Program-made: the position numbers and the translations under genes
Source of the DNA: Eledone cirrhosa
Lineage: Eukaryota
NCBI GenBank assembly: GCA_964016885.1
Contig: OZ024742.1
Location: 115,444,001-115,508,000 of the forward strand
Length of the DNA: 64,000 bases
Direction: 5' to 3'
Shown here: piece by piece, positions 25,769 to 40,046 of the stretch
Layout: every line of letters starts with the position of its first letter
How positions within the stretch are numbered: position 1 is the stretch's first letter
Notes under the pieces: generated by a model
Databases searched by the model: none
Told to the model about the DNA's origin: nothing
Seen by the model: the letters and a program-made list of their open reading frames with translations, nothing else

Positions 25769-25773
25769 TTATA

Positions 25774-26237
25774 GGCGAAAGAGATAGTATGGTGGACCCG
25801 TTTGAAAGGGCTGAAGATGAGCACTTACCTCTTCGGTGATGCCCTGCTTGACTTTTTCAAATTGCATTTGAAAAAGAAAATCAAAGAAGAGAGGGAAGTG
25901 CTCTCTTCCCAGCATTTTGTTGAAAGATGGGTGAGAGAAGCAAGAATGGCCCACGTGAATAGGCCTACTCTAAGTATGTGTCTGTAAATTAAAGGTGGAA
26001 AACTGGGAGAGGGCACTTGCCCTGGTTTCAGGGTCACTGTGGCCTTTTAATGGGCTTTCTACACAAATGTCCCTCCGAAATATCCCCCCTACTGGGGAAT
26101 TTTTCATTGTTATTTTCTGTTACATACTCTGTTTTTGTTTTTTACACGCAGAAATGCCCATTTGTACTGTCATGTATTGTCCTGTACTGTCCTTAATGTC
26201 TACTTTATGTAAACCCTTGTGGTTAATTAAAAAAATC
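25774..26237 (+). mobile_element. Tx1/L1 LINE 3' fragment
   Basis: Matches 43243-43715; ends in (ATT)n. Confidence 0.9.
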
Positions 26238-26274
26238 ATTATTATTATTATTATTGGTATTTTATTATTATTAC

Positions 26275-26389
<115 letters not shown>

Positions 26390-26469
26390 GTGTACGAAGG
26401 AAATGTGGTAAGGAACCAGATCGACAATAACGCATAAAGTACTCAATACTTAGGGTAGTAGAGTGGGTA

Positions 26470-26583
26470 ATAGGAACAAATAGGACCCCGACGGCTGAGC
26501 TCAAGCCGTTTCGACGGCTAATTCTGGACTAGAATTAGCCGTCGAAATGGCTTGAGCTCAGCTGTCGGGGTCCTACTCGTTCC

Positions 26584-26586
<3 letters not shown>
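26470..26586. repeat. 117-bp hairpin (56-bp arms, 5-nt loop)
   Basis: Arms differ at 4 positions; lies between two (TA)n arrays. Confidence 0.95.
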
Positions 26587-26667
<81 letters not shown>

Positions 26668-27223
26668 GTGTGTGTATACAGAGGTCCGTAGATAAATCAC
26701 AAACAATATACAGAAAAGAATAAACAAAACCAACAATCAAAGCCTCAGACTGACAGCTGAAAACTTATGAATTTCAACAAGTAAGCAATTTCATTTTCAT
26801 AACTATTATTTATCTGTTGATTCAATAGAGATGATTGAACTGCAGTATTTATTAGCTGGTAATTAAGTCTGGAGGGAAAGTCTTTAGCAACACGTAGCTT
26901 TCCACATAAACTTTCATTTTGTGTTTTTATTTATTCATTTATTTGATATTTCGTTATACTTTATTTGTATATTAATTAAAATACTGCCCACCATCATTGA
27001 CATATGTTATTTGATTTTCAACTTGTATTGACAATATTTACTGGTTTTCATTTCTAGAATTATTATCGTCGTCTCTGTGATTGGCACAGCCGACACAAGT
27101 CACCACTACCAACATCGACATCTTCATCATTATCTAGAGGATTATAACCTACAGAATTAGCATCAGCAACATCATAACTATCATTGACATCATTATTATC
27201 CTAATTTCCGTAGCACCTACACG

Positions 27224-27277
<54 letters not shown>

Positions 27278-28110
27278 TGTGTATGTGTGAAAAGGGAGTG
27301 ATTCAGGTTCTATACAAAACAGAGGTTATAGACAAAAAGTGGAATTGGAAATAGCACGAAAACTATAATTAGAGGAAATGTTTTACTTTTTTTTTTTTAA
27401 TTCGTCAAAATGGCAAAAAATGAGATGAACAATTTAAAAAAAGAGTAGTTTTATAATTTTATGTCAGGTGATTGCGTGAATTGCTGGTGGTGGTAAGAAA
27501 TCAAGCACTGTACAGAAAGATTGTATATATTAGAAAAAACCGACGAAGTTTCGTTTACGTGCATCAAATTTGTATTTTGTATCGAAGTTTTACGTGCATT
27601 TCGCAGAGTATTGGCTCAAATTCACCTATAGAATTATGCACCCGACTCCATTAACGATCTGCTCTGCAGCCTGGCGATGTGACAGAAAATATATTGTGTT
27701 TGTTGCGATTTGTGAGATGATGGTTTTATATATAAGCATCGATCCTATATTTTGTGTGGGCGAATGTAGGCATTGCAGTGCAAGTGGTAGGGCAGCGTTG
27801 TGGGTGTATATCGATTCGTATATTCATGTGGGTGTGTGGGTGTCTGTGGGGGATGTGTGCGTGTCTGTCTGCTTTGCGTGCGTGGGCACGTATTGGTATG
27901 TAAATTGGCCATTGAAAGACAGGAAGAAAAATGTGTGGATGACAATATAGGAGGTGTTGTGTTGAGTGTGTTATGATACGATAATTTTGTAAGAGGTCAT
28001 CGTATCACTATTGTCATTATGAAATCCTCGAAGCCAGGCACCAATTAGGTAAAATATTAAATAAATAAAAGAATAAAATATTTATAAAAATAAATAATGT
28101 GTTCATACAT

Positions 28111-28295
28111 ATAATAATTCTTTCTACTTTAGGCACAAGGCCAACAATTACCCAGTACATTACTGGTACTTTATTTTATCGACCTCGTAAGGATGAACGG
28201 CAAAGTTATCCTTGGCGGGATTTGAACTCAGATCGTAAAGAGACGTAACTATGCTGGAAAGCATGTCCAACCCTCTATTAATTCTGCCAATCCAT
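28111..28295 (-). mobile_element. SINE
   Basis: Reverse-complement family match. Confidence 0.88.
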
Positions 28296-28738
28296 AGAAA
28301 ATCATAATAGAAAAATATACAAACCACAAAAAACTCTATATTTTTCTGTGACTTCGCCAATCCGAAGAAAAGATCGATAATGGACCTGGGTCCATAACTC
28401 CTATGGCTGGACGGCCGTTGGCTCTGAGAAATTGCTTCACACGTTTAACAGCCCCTGCTATTTGTGCTACTGGGTTTCCAGCCCGTTTAGTCGCCGACCA
28501 CTCGACCACGATTCAGGTCGAATTGGGTAACATGGTACCTGTGAAAATCAGGAGCCTCACGTCACCTGTTATCTATATTGGGAATAAAAACACACTGACT
28601 AGTGAACTTTTCTCCAATTTATTATTTAGCAAACACACGGAAAATTAGTATAAAATATTGAAGCGAAACTCAACTGATAGATTTGTATTCATTGGCAGCA
28701 TGACCCTCTCAATTTACAACAATATATATATATATATA

Positions 28739-29652
28739 CGAGCTGTGCCAGAAAGGTTCCAGGACTGATGTCACAAAAGATTTATTTGAAACCCAAATTT
28801 CACACTAAGAATGTTCTCCTTCAAAGTAATCCCCCTGGAATCTAGTGTACTTTTCCATCCTTTCCTGCCACGCTTGCATGTACTCCTGAGAGGATTCTTC
28901 CGGGATCCTCCACAGTTCCGTCGTCACGGCCTTTTTCATGTCGTCCATGTCTTCAAAACGGATCCACCTTATGACCCCTTGAGCAACCATGACTCATCCC
29001 CGGTGATGCCTGTCCTAGCAAGTCTGGTTCGGTTTCAAGACGCTCGAGGATGTATTGGCACACTTACATGCGTCGACCCTTCTGGTCAACGTTCAGCAGT
29101 TTTCCGCACCTCCATTTCTTCAGTGAGAATCTTCCAGACGCTGTCCCGATTCATGCCCAGTTCATTTGCCATCAGTCGAACAGTCAGCCGACGATCGCTA
29201 CGCACCATCTCCCTGACGCGCTCAAGGTTGACCTCAGTCCTGATTGTTGAGGCCCTCCGCTCCTGTCTTCATCTTCCACGTCCTCGCGTCCTTTATTAAA
29301 CCTCTTGCACCACTCAAAAACACATGAGCGTGGCATCGTCTCATCTCCATACACTTGCTGCTGCAATCCCAGTGCTTCTGACGGAGTTTTCCCCCAACCG
29401 TACCAGAAACTTGAAGTTTGTTCGTTGCTCTGTGCTCATTGCTTGACAACCTTAAACAGAGGACATGTATATCAAATTATGAAGATTTAATTTGATCGTT
29501 GCAGAGAGCTAAAATTACAGTTACATACTCCAGGGGGATTACTTTGAAGGAGAAAACTCATAGTGTGAAGTTTGGGTTTGAAATAAATCTTTTGTGACAT
29601 CAGTGCTGGAACTTTTCTGACATCAGTCCTGGAACTTTTCTGACACACCTCG
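28739..29652 (-). mobile_element. Internally deleted mariner (Tc1/mariner) with about 100-bp TIRs and TA TSD
   Basis: N-terminal VYGDETMPRSCVFEWCKRF..GREDVEDEDRSG and C-terminal RFEDMDDMKKAV..W.ERMEK..QGDYFEG; catalytic core missing; TIRs 28739-28840 and 29529-29652. Confidence 0.92.
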
Positions 29653-30379
29653 TATATATATATGACAAACACACACTCACAATAATCATCAATATCTGTT
29701 GTGGTTTCTCATCGCTATTTCATTATTCATCGTAGTTATATCTAAGGCAAGTTTTAACAAATAAATCTAACTATTGATTATGAATATTGTTATGGTCGTA
29801 TGTTATGATTGCTAATATTACAACTATATAGCCATCATTATGCCAAATGGACGAAGAGCTGACATCGTATTATTTTCACTGTTAAATGCGGCGGATTCGT
29901 AGAATCGTTAGGGCGTCAAACAAATTGTTTGAAGAACTTATGGACAAGAGTTTTCTTCTAAAATATAAACACGCGGAGGTAAATTATAATTGTTATTCTT
30001 CTAAGGTTGATAAAAAAAATGTAAAATGTTATACTAGTAATGTATTTTATTTGATTTATTCAACGTTCACCAAATTACGGGCTTTGTGCCCCACTTAGGT
30101 GAGATTGTGTAATATTAACATTAATATTATCATTATTGGTTATTGGTGATATCGGACGTCTTTTTGTTCGCTTTCGTAAAGCCTATTTATTTACCCGCTA
30201 TAAATATTTTATTGTTAATTATTGTTGTCGTGAAAGAGATATAATCCATTGGGCTTTGCCCTCAAGAAGCGAGAGACCAATATATTTCCGGCTTGGGTTC
30301 CAATATTTCCATTATCCCTTGCTTTACTTTGCGTTGTTAGTAAATATTTTTGAATAATGGAGGCAATCCCCTCCATTAA

Positions 30380-31700
30380 TCCAGCACAAGTGAACAGGTG
30401 AAGTTATGTGACTCTCCAAATGATGTCACCACTACCTCAACGTTCACCAACGTCACCGACGACAGGGTGACATTCGCCATGTCAAACATAATGTATGAAC
30501 ACACACACAAACATACACCCAGCATGCAACCTCGATTGATCACAATTCACCACTCTCAAAATCCTTAAGTCGAGGGAACTCGTCTACCCTCCCTCCGAAA
30601 AAGGAAACTACTTCCACATCATCCACAGGGAGTCTGTCAACAAGCAAGCATTCCAACGCCTTGAAGATGCTAGACTATACACCAACGTCACAGTAATCAC
30701 CACCGCACGAATCGAAGGACGTGTCTATGCCACATTGACCAGCCGGTGGAAATTCCCAAAGAGACTGACAAACAACCTTGTAACAAGGGACGGAGATTAC
30801 CTGCTTTCTACCACCACTTCAAACCCCCAAAATAATTAAAACCAGGCTCAACATATCCAGCGTGAACGGACCTGTTTATAAAAGCTCATGCCTAAGATCC
30901 TTCAACCTAGACAGGTCACCTTACAGGGATGCGTTAACAGTTCTGAGGTGGTTATGAAATGACTACACCAAAAGGACCCTGATGCCCGAATTAATAATAG
31001 GTACGTCTTCATCATCGATGTAGTCTAGTTATACACTTCAGTCATAGCACTCTCGGCCGTCGACATACCTACGAGGCTAGTGCTGTCTAACAAATTGCAC
31101 TGCTTCTGACTCAACACCAACATCCACACATTTTCTCTCCATTGTCATCGACAACTAATAATTTGACTTTCTCGCCACGGAAGACCTCCGCACTAACCTT
31201 AGTGTCAAGACTATCGTGCCTGCTGTCAATATTGTATATATACCAACTGGAACGCAAAGTGCTTCATCCATGCCATACCCACACCGTCTTCTTCAAAGAT
31301 ACATGGATGATATCCTCATCCTCAGGTCTCCCCAGGAGATGGGTCATGGTATATATGAGACATTCAATAATAAGGCGGAGAATATCAAATTAGCATGGAA
31401 TACCACACGGATGACAGCTCCCATGATATCCTCGACTAAGCATCACGGAAGATGGAAAGATTTCCACAAATTTCTACCGCAAGGCGTCACGCAGAGACAT
31501 GTTCTTACAATTGAACTCTACGCTTCCTAACAAGGCTAAGAGAGGGTGTATCTCAAACGAGATTACGTGGGTAGAAAATAGGTGCAGTGATCCCTTGAGT
31601 AGTGTCACACACACGAAGCGATTTAACAGAGCGTTGCAAGTCAATGGCTATTCAGCATCATTCACTAATGGAGTTATGATAAATTACCAGGGGTGCTGGT
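30380..31700 (+). mobile_element. Decayed Penelope-like RT fragment
   Basis: PSEKGN, DVV*LYTSV, RYMDDIL and thumb FLQLNSTLPNKAKRGCISNEI..RCSD..LQVNGY. Confidence 0.75.
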
Positions 31701-31902
31701 TTGATTTCGTTGTTGTATAAGTTACGGTTCTCTGGGCTATGAGTTTAATGCATGCCGAGATTAGCTTTGCCATTTATACATATAAGCACTCGTATTGGAG
31801 AGCGTATAGTGAATTTAATCTAATTCGCTCTCTCTTTCTCTCTCTCTATCTCACTCACTCTCTTTCTATCATATGTTGTCTCTTTCTCTTCATCTCTCTC
31901 TC

Positions 31903-32031
<129 letters not shown>

Positions 32032-32619
32032 TATATATATATTTCACTCTAAATCTGTCTCTACAAACCACACACATGAATACTCTCATACATATCTGTA
32101 CATAACATATATATAATAATACGTTATATTATATGTTACATCATAAATATCCCAACGAATTCGTCCCCTGGATACTTCTGTTCATATTGATTAATCTCAG
32201 CGTATTTACTCTGTTCCACATGGAATTGTGAAGTGTGAATGATTCACTATTGATACTTGAATAACAGTATTTTTGACTTGGCACCAATTAGTGCTGCAAT
32301 TTCCTTTAATATAGCGTGTATGTATATAAGTAAATGCATATAAGACTACTGCCAAAATAATTATATTTATTTGTATGTATGATACACACACAAATACACA
32401 CAAACATACACACACATACACACACACAAAAACATACACGCACACACACGCATATATATATACATACATACATATATACTTACATACTTATATACTTACA
32501 TACAAACAGGCTGTAATGCAACTCATTTCCTTTATTCAATCATCAATTTTACGGTTTATATTGCACATGGTTCCTATCACACCTGGTATGAATTTTACCT
32601 TTTCACTTTTCCCATACTT

Positions 32620-35270
32620 TAATAGATTCTAACTGTCATTTTTTACTTCTTTCTTCGTCACAAATCGTTCCAGCAGGCGTGTGTAGTCTATTATGAATCA
32701 ATTATACTGTCCTTTGAGAACCACGGTTATGTCTGTCCTATTATATTCAAACACGGTGTCTCTCTGCACTGTGTAATCCCAGAAGATTTTAAAATCCTCA
32801 CACTGAAATCTCCTCTTATAATGACGATTTTATAATGGCACTCGGCAACAATGCGTACCAGTGTCTCCTTAATTATTTACACACCCTGCACAATGGGGGT
32901 TTGCCTTCCTTATATACTTGGTTTCTTATGTGATTAGTTTTGGTACTTTTGTTTTGAGCAGCTATGATAAGGGTTTCCCTTTCTTTATTTAGATATCCTA
33001 TTTAAGCCATTGATGTTCACATTTCTGTTGTATTGTTTTCTTGTCCAATACATTCGTGTAACGTTTTCTGTTCCCTTAAATCTTTGTGCATGTTTTGTAC
33101 CTCATCCTATCGTTTCTCCCGCTTTCTATTCTCCACTGTTGTGCTCAGGCATTATTTGCTTTGTTCTATGTAATTGATCAAACTTTTCTTTCCATAATCA
33201 CACAATCTTCGGCACCGATAAGTTCTCGACATACATCACTCCTCATTGTGTACAGCTTGTCTCCGTGTTCAAATGGATAACTGGCTCCATGCATGGCAAA
33301 CAATTTTATTGTTTTTCCATCCATTGTTCGCAGCTCCATTTTCGGCCAATCTATAGCAACACGTCCATATTATATCACTGACACAGCCCTTACATTATGT
33401 ACTGTAATCATATTTTTCTCATTTAGTTTGCTCTTCACGATATTCCGTACTCTTCTGAAGGACTCATTTCATTTGTCTGCAACCTATAAATACATGTACC
33501 TGAAACCCTATTTTGTTATTTTTATATTTGTTCTATTTGTTATCTTAATCCCGTCATTCCTCATGAAATCACTCCTTTTCATCGCAACACAGTACATTTC
33601 GACAATTGAAACTCAATTTTAATATGCTCTGTGAAAATTCTAACAGTTTGAATAAAGCTGTCCAAATGATTTTCAGTTTGTGGCAGAATGTGTCAGGTCA
33701 TTCATTAACTGCAAGTGTTTCATATGTCCATCATTTCCCTCGACACATTTTATCAGCAAATTTCACATTCCTCAAATTCCATTCCAACACAAAAGCAAGG
33801 AATCCACACTAACGCCTAAAATGTTATCACCTGGCACTATTTGTGCGTTCTAAACATACAAGATTTGTTTCACTAAATAGGACATATTTTCAGCAATTTC
33901 AAAAATACCCATATCCAACATCCAACTATACGGCACCATATCGTACGCATTGATATAATCCATCATTGCAACGCCTCAGTCTGTCAGTTTTCGTTTGTAA
34001 TTCATTATCAATATTTTAATTAGAAGTAGTTGATCGTTTGTACTTATTTAGAGCTTCTTTCAGCCCTTTTGCTCGTGTGATAACTAATCTTGCATTTCCA
34101 GGTGGCTATACAATCCTTCCTAAAAAGGGCTGTAAGAAGTTCCTATATTATCAGCAGGCATACAATACAACTTAATTTGCATATAAACACTCAATTGTTC
34201 ACGCTTTCCTTTTTGCACTAAATAGAGTTCTACCAGTTGACATCAACATCATCCACAATCAAGTTTTACAGTAGCTGCCATGAGACGTTGTATTATACCT
34301 AAACATTTACATCTTCTGTAGCTCATATTTGCTGATCAGGTAGGGAAGGACTCTAAGATGTAGGTTCTATGCTTTGCGTATTAATCCTAATGATCCTATT
34401 ACCACGGAGATTTGTGTTCATCCTCCACATGCTGTTGCTCTCTAGTCACAGATCTTTGTATTTTGACAGTTACAGCCTCCGGGTGATTATTGTACAAATT
34501 CTCAGCAGCTTGATTTTATAATGCCGACATATTAACCAAAGTAGGTATTGGCCAACTCTGTCATGTATAGATGTGTTCTCTTGTTGTGTTATCACATTAC
34601 TTCCAAAGATTAAGTGATTCACTGTTTCAACCTCATCATTACAGAATCGTCACTTTGGATTTACTCCATTTCTCATCACATTCGCCTGGTAAGATTTAAT
34701 CTTGGGAAGCTAAGATGAAGCCTTCACCTTCTGCTTTTAGCCCTGAGCTACGTAGTAGCTGGTTGGTGTGCTCATGGTCAGCATCAGTTTGTTTGCTATG
34801 TGCCATATATTTGCCATGCATAGATTTCTGGTGCCACTTTTATAGTAATTATTCTTGCACTTTTCCTTTCGCCATTAAAATGATATGCTTTGCAGCAGCC
34901 GTGGCAGCCGTTCCATTAGTCTGTTCAACTTTGGTATCAAGCATGAGATCTGTAGTATATTTTTTGCTCTCCTTCAAGATAGAATGCGGCTTCATAATTA
35001 TCTCGTATTTCAACGAGTTAAGCATACATATGTTTGTTGCTGCAAGAAATTTGCTTAGTCAAATAGTGCTGGTGTTGTAGATAAGTTCAAATTGGATCAG
35101 GCCACGGCCTCCTTGAGATCTAGGAATGTAACGACGATCCTAATCTATATATACATAAATCTAACTGCGGATTTCAATGTCGAATATTTAATTTCACAAA
35201 TATTCCAGTTCAACACACCGAAGCTATAAGTGACAACTGAAATTACCAAGGAATTTATGTATAACACCTT
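32620..35270 (-). mobile_element. Two tandem, heavily decayed R4/Dong relics
   Basis: FKIFWDYTVQRD..NRTDI (about 32750) and CNDEVETVNHLI..HDRVGQY (about 34600) parallel the intact Dong C-termini. Confidence 0.7.
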
Positions 35271-35333
35271 GTTATGAGCATTTAGTTCTGCGTATTAACA
35301 TCATCATCACTATTATTATTATTATTATTATTA

Positions 35334-35702
35334 TGAAAAGGAAAATCAGAGTAGAGAGGAAGTGCTCTCTTCCCAGCATTTTGTTGAAAGATGGGTGAGA
35401 GAAGCAAGAATGGCCCGAGTGAATGGGCCTAATCTGAGTACGTATCTGTAAATAAAAGGTGGACAACTGGGAGAGGGCACTTGCCTTGGTGGTCAGGGTC
35501 ACTGTGGCCTTTTACTGGGCTTTCTCCACAAATGTCCCTCCGAAGTCTCCCCCCAATTGGGGAATTTTTCATTGTTATTTTTTTTTGTTACATCCTCTGT
35601 TTTTGTTTTTTACACGCAGAAATGCCCATTTGTACCGACCTGTATTGTCCTGCACTGTCCTTAATGTCTACTTTATGTAAACCCTTGTGATTAATAAAGA
35701 AA

Positions 35703-35704
<2 letters not shown>
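35334..35704 (+). mobile_element. Tx1/L1 LINE 3' fragment inside (ATT)n
   Basis: Matches 43338-43715; (ATT)n on both sides. Confidence 0.92.
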
Positions 35705-35732
<28 letters not shown>

Positions 35733-35735
<3 letters not shown>

Positions 35736-37551
35736 TTTGAGTCTCAGTCACTGATGTTAGTTAACTACAAAGTGTGTTGAAATGAATAGCAAGCCACTAC
35801 CTGCAGCCTCAGATATTCAGGACGTATCGGAGGGTTCTTGCTGTTCCCAGCAAGCATGCCTTTGGAAGCGTTCCAAAAAGCGTGAAGGGGCCAATTTTCT
35901 TTAACCATCCCTGGAAACTTTTTGTGATAATCCATAATGCGCCTATGACAATCGGGACCACTTTGACTTCATGGCAGTTCCAAATCCTTTTTACCTCCCA
36001 CTTTAAGTCCTGGTATCGGTTAATTTTCTCCATCTCCTTCTCTTGCACTCTTGTGTCGAATGGGCAGGCCACATCCACAATCAGGCACGATCTTTTTTCT
36101 TTGTCCACAACCACCAGGTCAGGTCTATTGTGTTCCAGTTTCTTCTCCGTCTGTATCCTAAACGCCCACAGCACCTTCACCTGATCGTTTTCTATCACCG
36201 AGTCTGGCTTATGCTCATACCACTTCTCAGACTGTGGTAAATTGTTTACTTTGAATAGGTGCCAGTGGATCACCCTGCCCATGACATCATGTCTCCAGCC
36301 ATTATAGTAAGTCTGGGTTAGGTGTTTACACTCGGATACAATGTGAGCCACAGTCTCCTCTCTCTCTCCACAGATCCCGCCCAGTGGGCTAGCCTCATCA
36401 TTGTAAAGATGGTGGTTCAACCACTTCATTTTGAGGGCCTTCTGTAGCCTTTTTAAGGTCTCCTCTTTTCAACCAGTTCCATGTCTGTGGATCTCTAAAT
36501 TCAGTTTTCTCAAAGAAGGTACAATGAAGGGATTTTTCCTGAAGGCTGCTCTTTCTCCTTGATGTTATTTCCTCCTTGGACATTCCCTGGCCTATTTTGC
36601 CCTCCTTCAGTACAGTTTTGAGCATTGGCTCCTTACTATCAGTCACGTATTTGTGTAGGTTGTTTTTCTCCATCTGAACACAGTCCTCTATGCTGATAAG
36701 ACCGCTTCCACCCTCAGATCTCCTTAAGTAGAGTCTATCGACATCATTCCGCTTGTGGTACATGTTGTAGATAGTCAATAGCTTCCTAGTCTTCCTATCG
36801 ATTTCTTTTTGTTCAGCAACATTCCATCTCAGAATTCCCGCACTGTACATAATAATAGACACAGCTCGGGAATTTACTGCAGTTATGACATTCCTACTGT
36901 TCAGATGTGATTTTAATACGCTACTTACTCTCCGTATGTATTCAGTTCTTATCAATTCCTTCATTTTTTTGTTCTTGATTTCATCAGCCTCCAGAACGCC
37001 CAAATACTTGTATCCTTCTTCAGAGTCAATTTCCTTTATCATCTCACCTGTTGGTACCTGGATTCCGTTACTTCTGCTCAGCTTACCCCTCTTCATCACA
37101 GTGACTCCACACTTACTAATACCAAATTGCATACATATATCATTGTTTAAAATACGGACAGAGTCAACAAGCACATCCAAATCCTACTCACTCTTCCCGA
37201 AGAGCTTAAGATCGTCCATGAAGAGGAGGTGATTGATGGTAAACCCTCCCTTTCCCAACCTGTATCCTGCTCTCACTTTTCGCAGTACACTGGTCAGGGG
37301 CATCAGGGCAAGGACAAACGACAGAGGGGACAGGCTATTTCCCTGGAAGTTACCTCTCTTGATCTTCACGCTTCCCAAGGATTCTCCAGTTGATGTTAAC
37401 TCTGTTTCCCAGGACTTCATACTTTTGCCCAACAACTGTCTGATGTTATCTGCCACCTTAAAGATCTCCAGGACTTTGGTGATCCAAGAATGAGGCACCA
37501 TGTCAAATGCCTTTTTGTAGTCTATCCATCCCATGGCAAGACCGGTGTGTC
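35733..37551 (-). mobile_element. R4/Dong element, 5'-truncated (family 1)
   Basis: WIDYKKAFD, FMDD, RHD, RPDLVVVD..EK motifs in ORFs 37184..37534, 36398..37180, 35809..36429. Confidence 0.93.
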
Positions 37552-37603
37552 AACTGGTCTTGCCATAGGATGGATAGACTACAAAAAGGCATTATTATTA
37601 TTA

Positions 37604-37787
37604 CTAGCATAGTTATGTCCCTTTACGATCTGAGTTCAAATCCCGCCGAGGTTGACTTTGTCTTTCATCCTTACGGGGTCGATAAAATAAAGTACCAGTA
37701 ATGCACTGGGTAATTGCTGGCCTTGTGCCTAAAGTAGAAACAATTATTATTACTATTATTATTGTTATTATTATTAATATTATTATT
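37604..37787 (+). mobile_element. 5'-truncated SINE between (ATT)n tracts
   Basis: Family match. Confidence 0.9.
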
Positions 37788-39564
37788 GGCAACCTACGTA
37801 GGAAATCGTAACATCGTGAGCTCCGCAAAAGTTTGTTGTTTTCGTTTTTTTTTTAATTTACATTTTTTGGGAAATGTTTGTAATTAACTATTTTGGAGGT
37901 CACACAATTTGCTTTCGGAAAAGGAAACTAAAAAAGATTGGGGTCTTGAGCCAAAAATTTAAACTTGTATAATTATCAAACTGAAAAAAAATTTCTTTGA
38001 AAGAAATAATGTACGTTCACAGTCACACTTTCGTCACAAACTAACACCTCACACCAACACCACCATTGTAAATATTACTGCGTTTGCCAACACTAAAGAT
38101 ATAAGCAGTAGCAATTTAAATTTGTCTCATGCAGACATTCATTTCCCGCCATTACCAATGACAGCAGGTGTTGAAGCCGCCACCCCCACCACCACCAGAG
38201 CGACAACAGACACAAAAGAAAAAAATATATTATCTCGTAACATCGAAATGGATTCACCCAGAATGGACCCTTCCACACCGAACACCACTGACGCCACCAC
38301 CACCACAACTGAAACTAAAAATAAACGATAAAAATAACGATAACAACAAAAGCAACAACAACAATGAGAATAAGAAAACCACCCTGTATTTTGCCAGAGT
38401 AGCATACAAGTGCGAAGCAATCCAGGTAACTCAGGATGAATTAGATGCAGCCAAGAGAATGGTAAAGAAAGATGGGTACAGGGTCAGCCTCACCCTCCAC
38501 CTAATAAAATGGAGCATCGGCGCCTATGCACAGTGTCTTATCGGACAATTAACATAAAATCGCGCTGAGTGGAACGGGCATCCGATTCCCAAATCAAAAA
38601 AAGCTTTGGGACATGTGTGGGCAAAAAAAAACCTCACATCAGACGTGGGCAGAAATATGGAACAGTGGACGTGTTCTTTGGAACAGCACAGGAGGCCAGA
38701 GTACACTCCATGGCCCCATTAAGAAGTGACGACTTCACACTCGTCCCAAGCTATTGTGGCCAGAGACTCGTGAATATCAGCGTGACCCACGTTCCACCGG
38801 CCATCGAAATTCCCTCGCTAATGGCTGCCATCCTAGCCGGCTCGAGGCCAACACAAAGATAATCGAAATAGCGAAAGAAAAGCAGGAGAAATGGTCCGGA
38901 TCTGGGATGGAGCTCCTGATCCAAGCAGACAAAAAAAGCATTGCGGAGATCCCAGAAGTAATAGACCTCACTGACGGCAGTCACCTCACCGTAATCGTCG
39001 AGGGTAGAACGCCTAGGTGTGTCGTTTGGGGTGAAGAAACCCACCTAAGGGCTTTCTGCCCTCAGGCTAAAAGGTTGAGGCCACCTCTCTTACCCACCTC
39101 AGTGATTCAACCATCAACACCACCAGCAGCAGAAATGGCAGCAACAACAGAAGCAAATGTAACAACAACAACAGCAGCAACAGTAGCAAAACCAACACCA
39201 CCACCACCCAACGCGCCATAGCCAGCACCAAAGCCTACACCATCCACCACGCCACAACCAAAATCAACGCATGTGGAAGATTTCCGACTCCCCGACGTAT
39301 CGCAACTGGAGACAGATTGTGACGACGAGGAGTGGGAAACGGTATCAGGGAAAAAGAAAAAAAAAAAAAAAGAAACCAAAAACTAAAACAATCCTCTTCC
39401 TTCCCCTGCACAAACACCAACACCATCACCATCATTAACCCCAACACCACCATCACCAATACCACACAAGTCACCAAAAAGCGAAACAGAATCAAACCCA
39501 CAACAAACGCAAACAAAACAAAACAACCAAAACAATACACACTACACAGCATTAACTTTGAACA

Positions 39565-39749
39565 GGTGAATTGTCAGTATCGGTAGAGGGTTGGACGCCA
39601 TGCTTTCTAGCATAGTTACGTCCCTTTACATTCTGAGTTCAAATCCCGCCGAGGTTAACTTTGCCTTTCATCCTTACGGGGTCGATAAAATAAAGTACCA
39701 GTAATGTACTGGGTAATTGCTGGCCTTGTGCCTAAAGTAGAAACAATTA
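39565..39749 (+). mobile_element. SINE inserted in the Tx1 inter-ORF region, 14-bp TSD
   Basis: TSD attaactttgaaca (39551-39564) / attaaatttgaaca (39746-39759). Confidence 0.92.
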
Positions 39750-40046
39750 AATTTGAACAACAACCAATTATGACACTACATCTAACACAACACCAGCATC
39801 ACAGAAAAAGACTACACAGCAACCCAAAAGTTCAAACCACCGCCACACATACAAATCCCTCGCATCACACAGAACACACACACATTCCCCAAAGACATCG
39901 GAGACTTCCGAAAAGTACTCTCCGGGAGAATTTATAAGGACATCCTTCCGAACAGGCCACAAGCAGTGAAAAGGATGGATAAACCATCCTTCCTCTACGA
40001 GAAGTAAGGTAAGTGGTCTTTTCCATCTTTTCCACTCCATTTCAAC

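Noticed and set aside
28330-28660. Possible LTR end, PBS and gag start on the minus strand (..ataaca ggtgacgtgag)
   Set aside because: No second LTR and no clear gag motif; too weak to call.
30140-30280. Hammerhead-like stem II plus GAAA on the minus strand
   Set aside because: Core reads UUGAGGG and no stem I can be formed.
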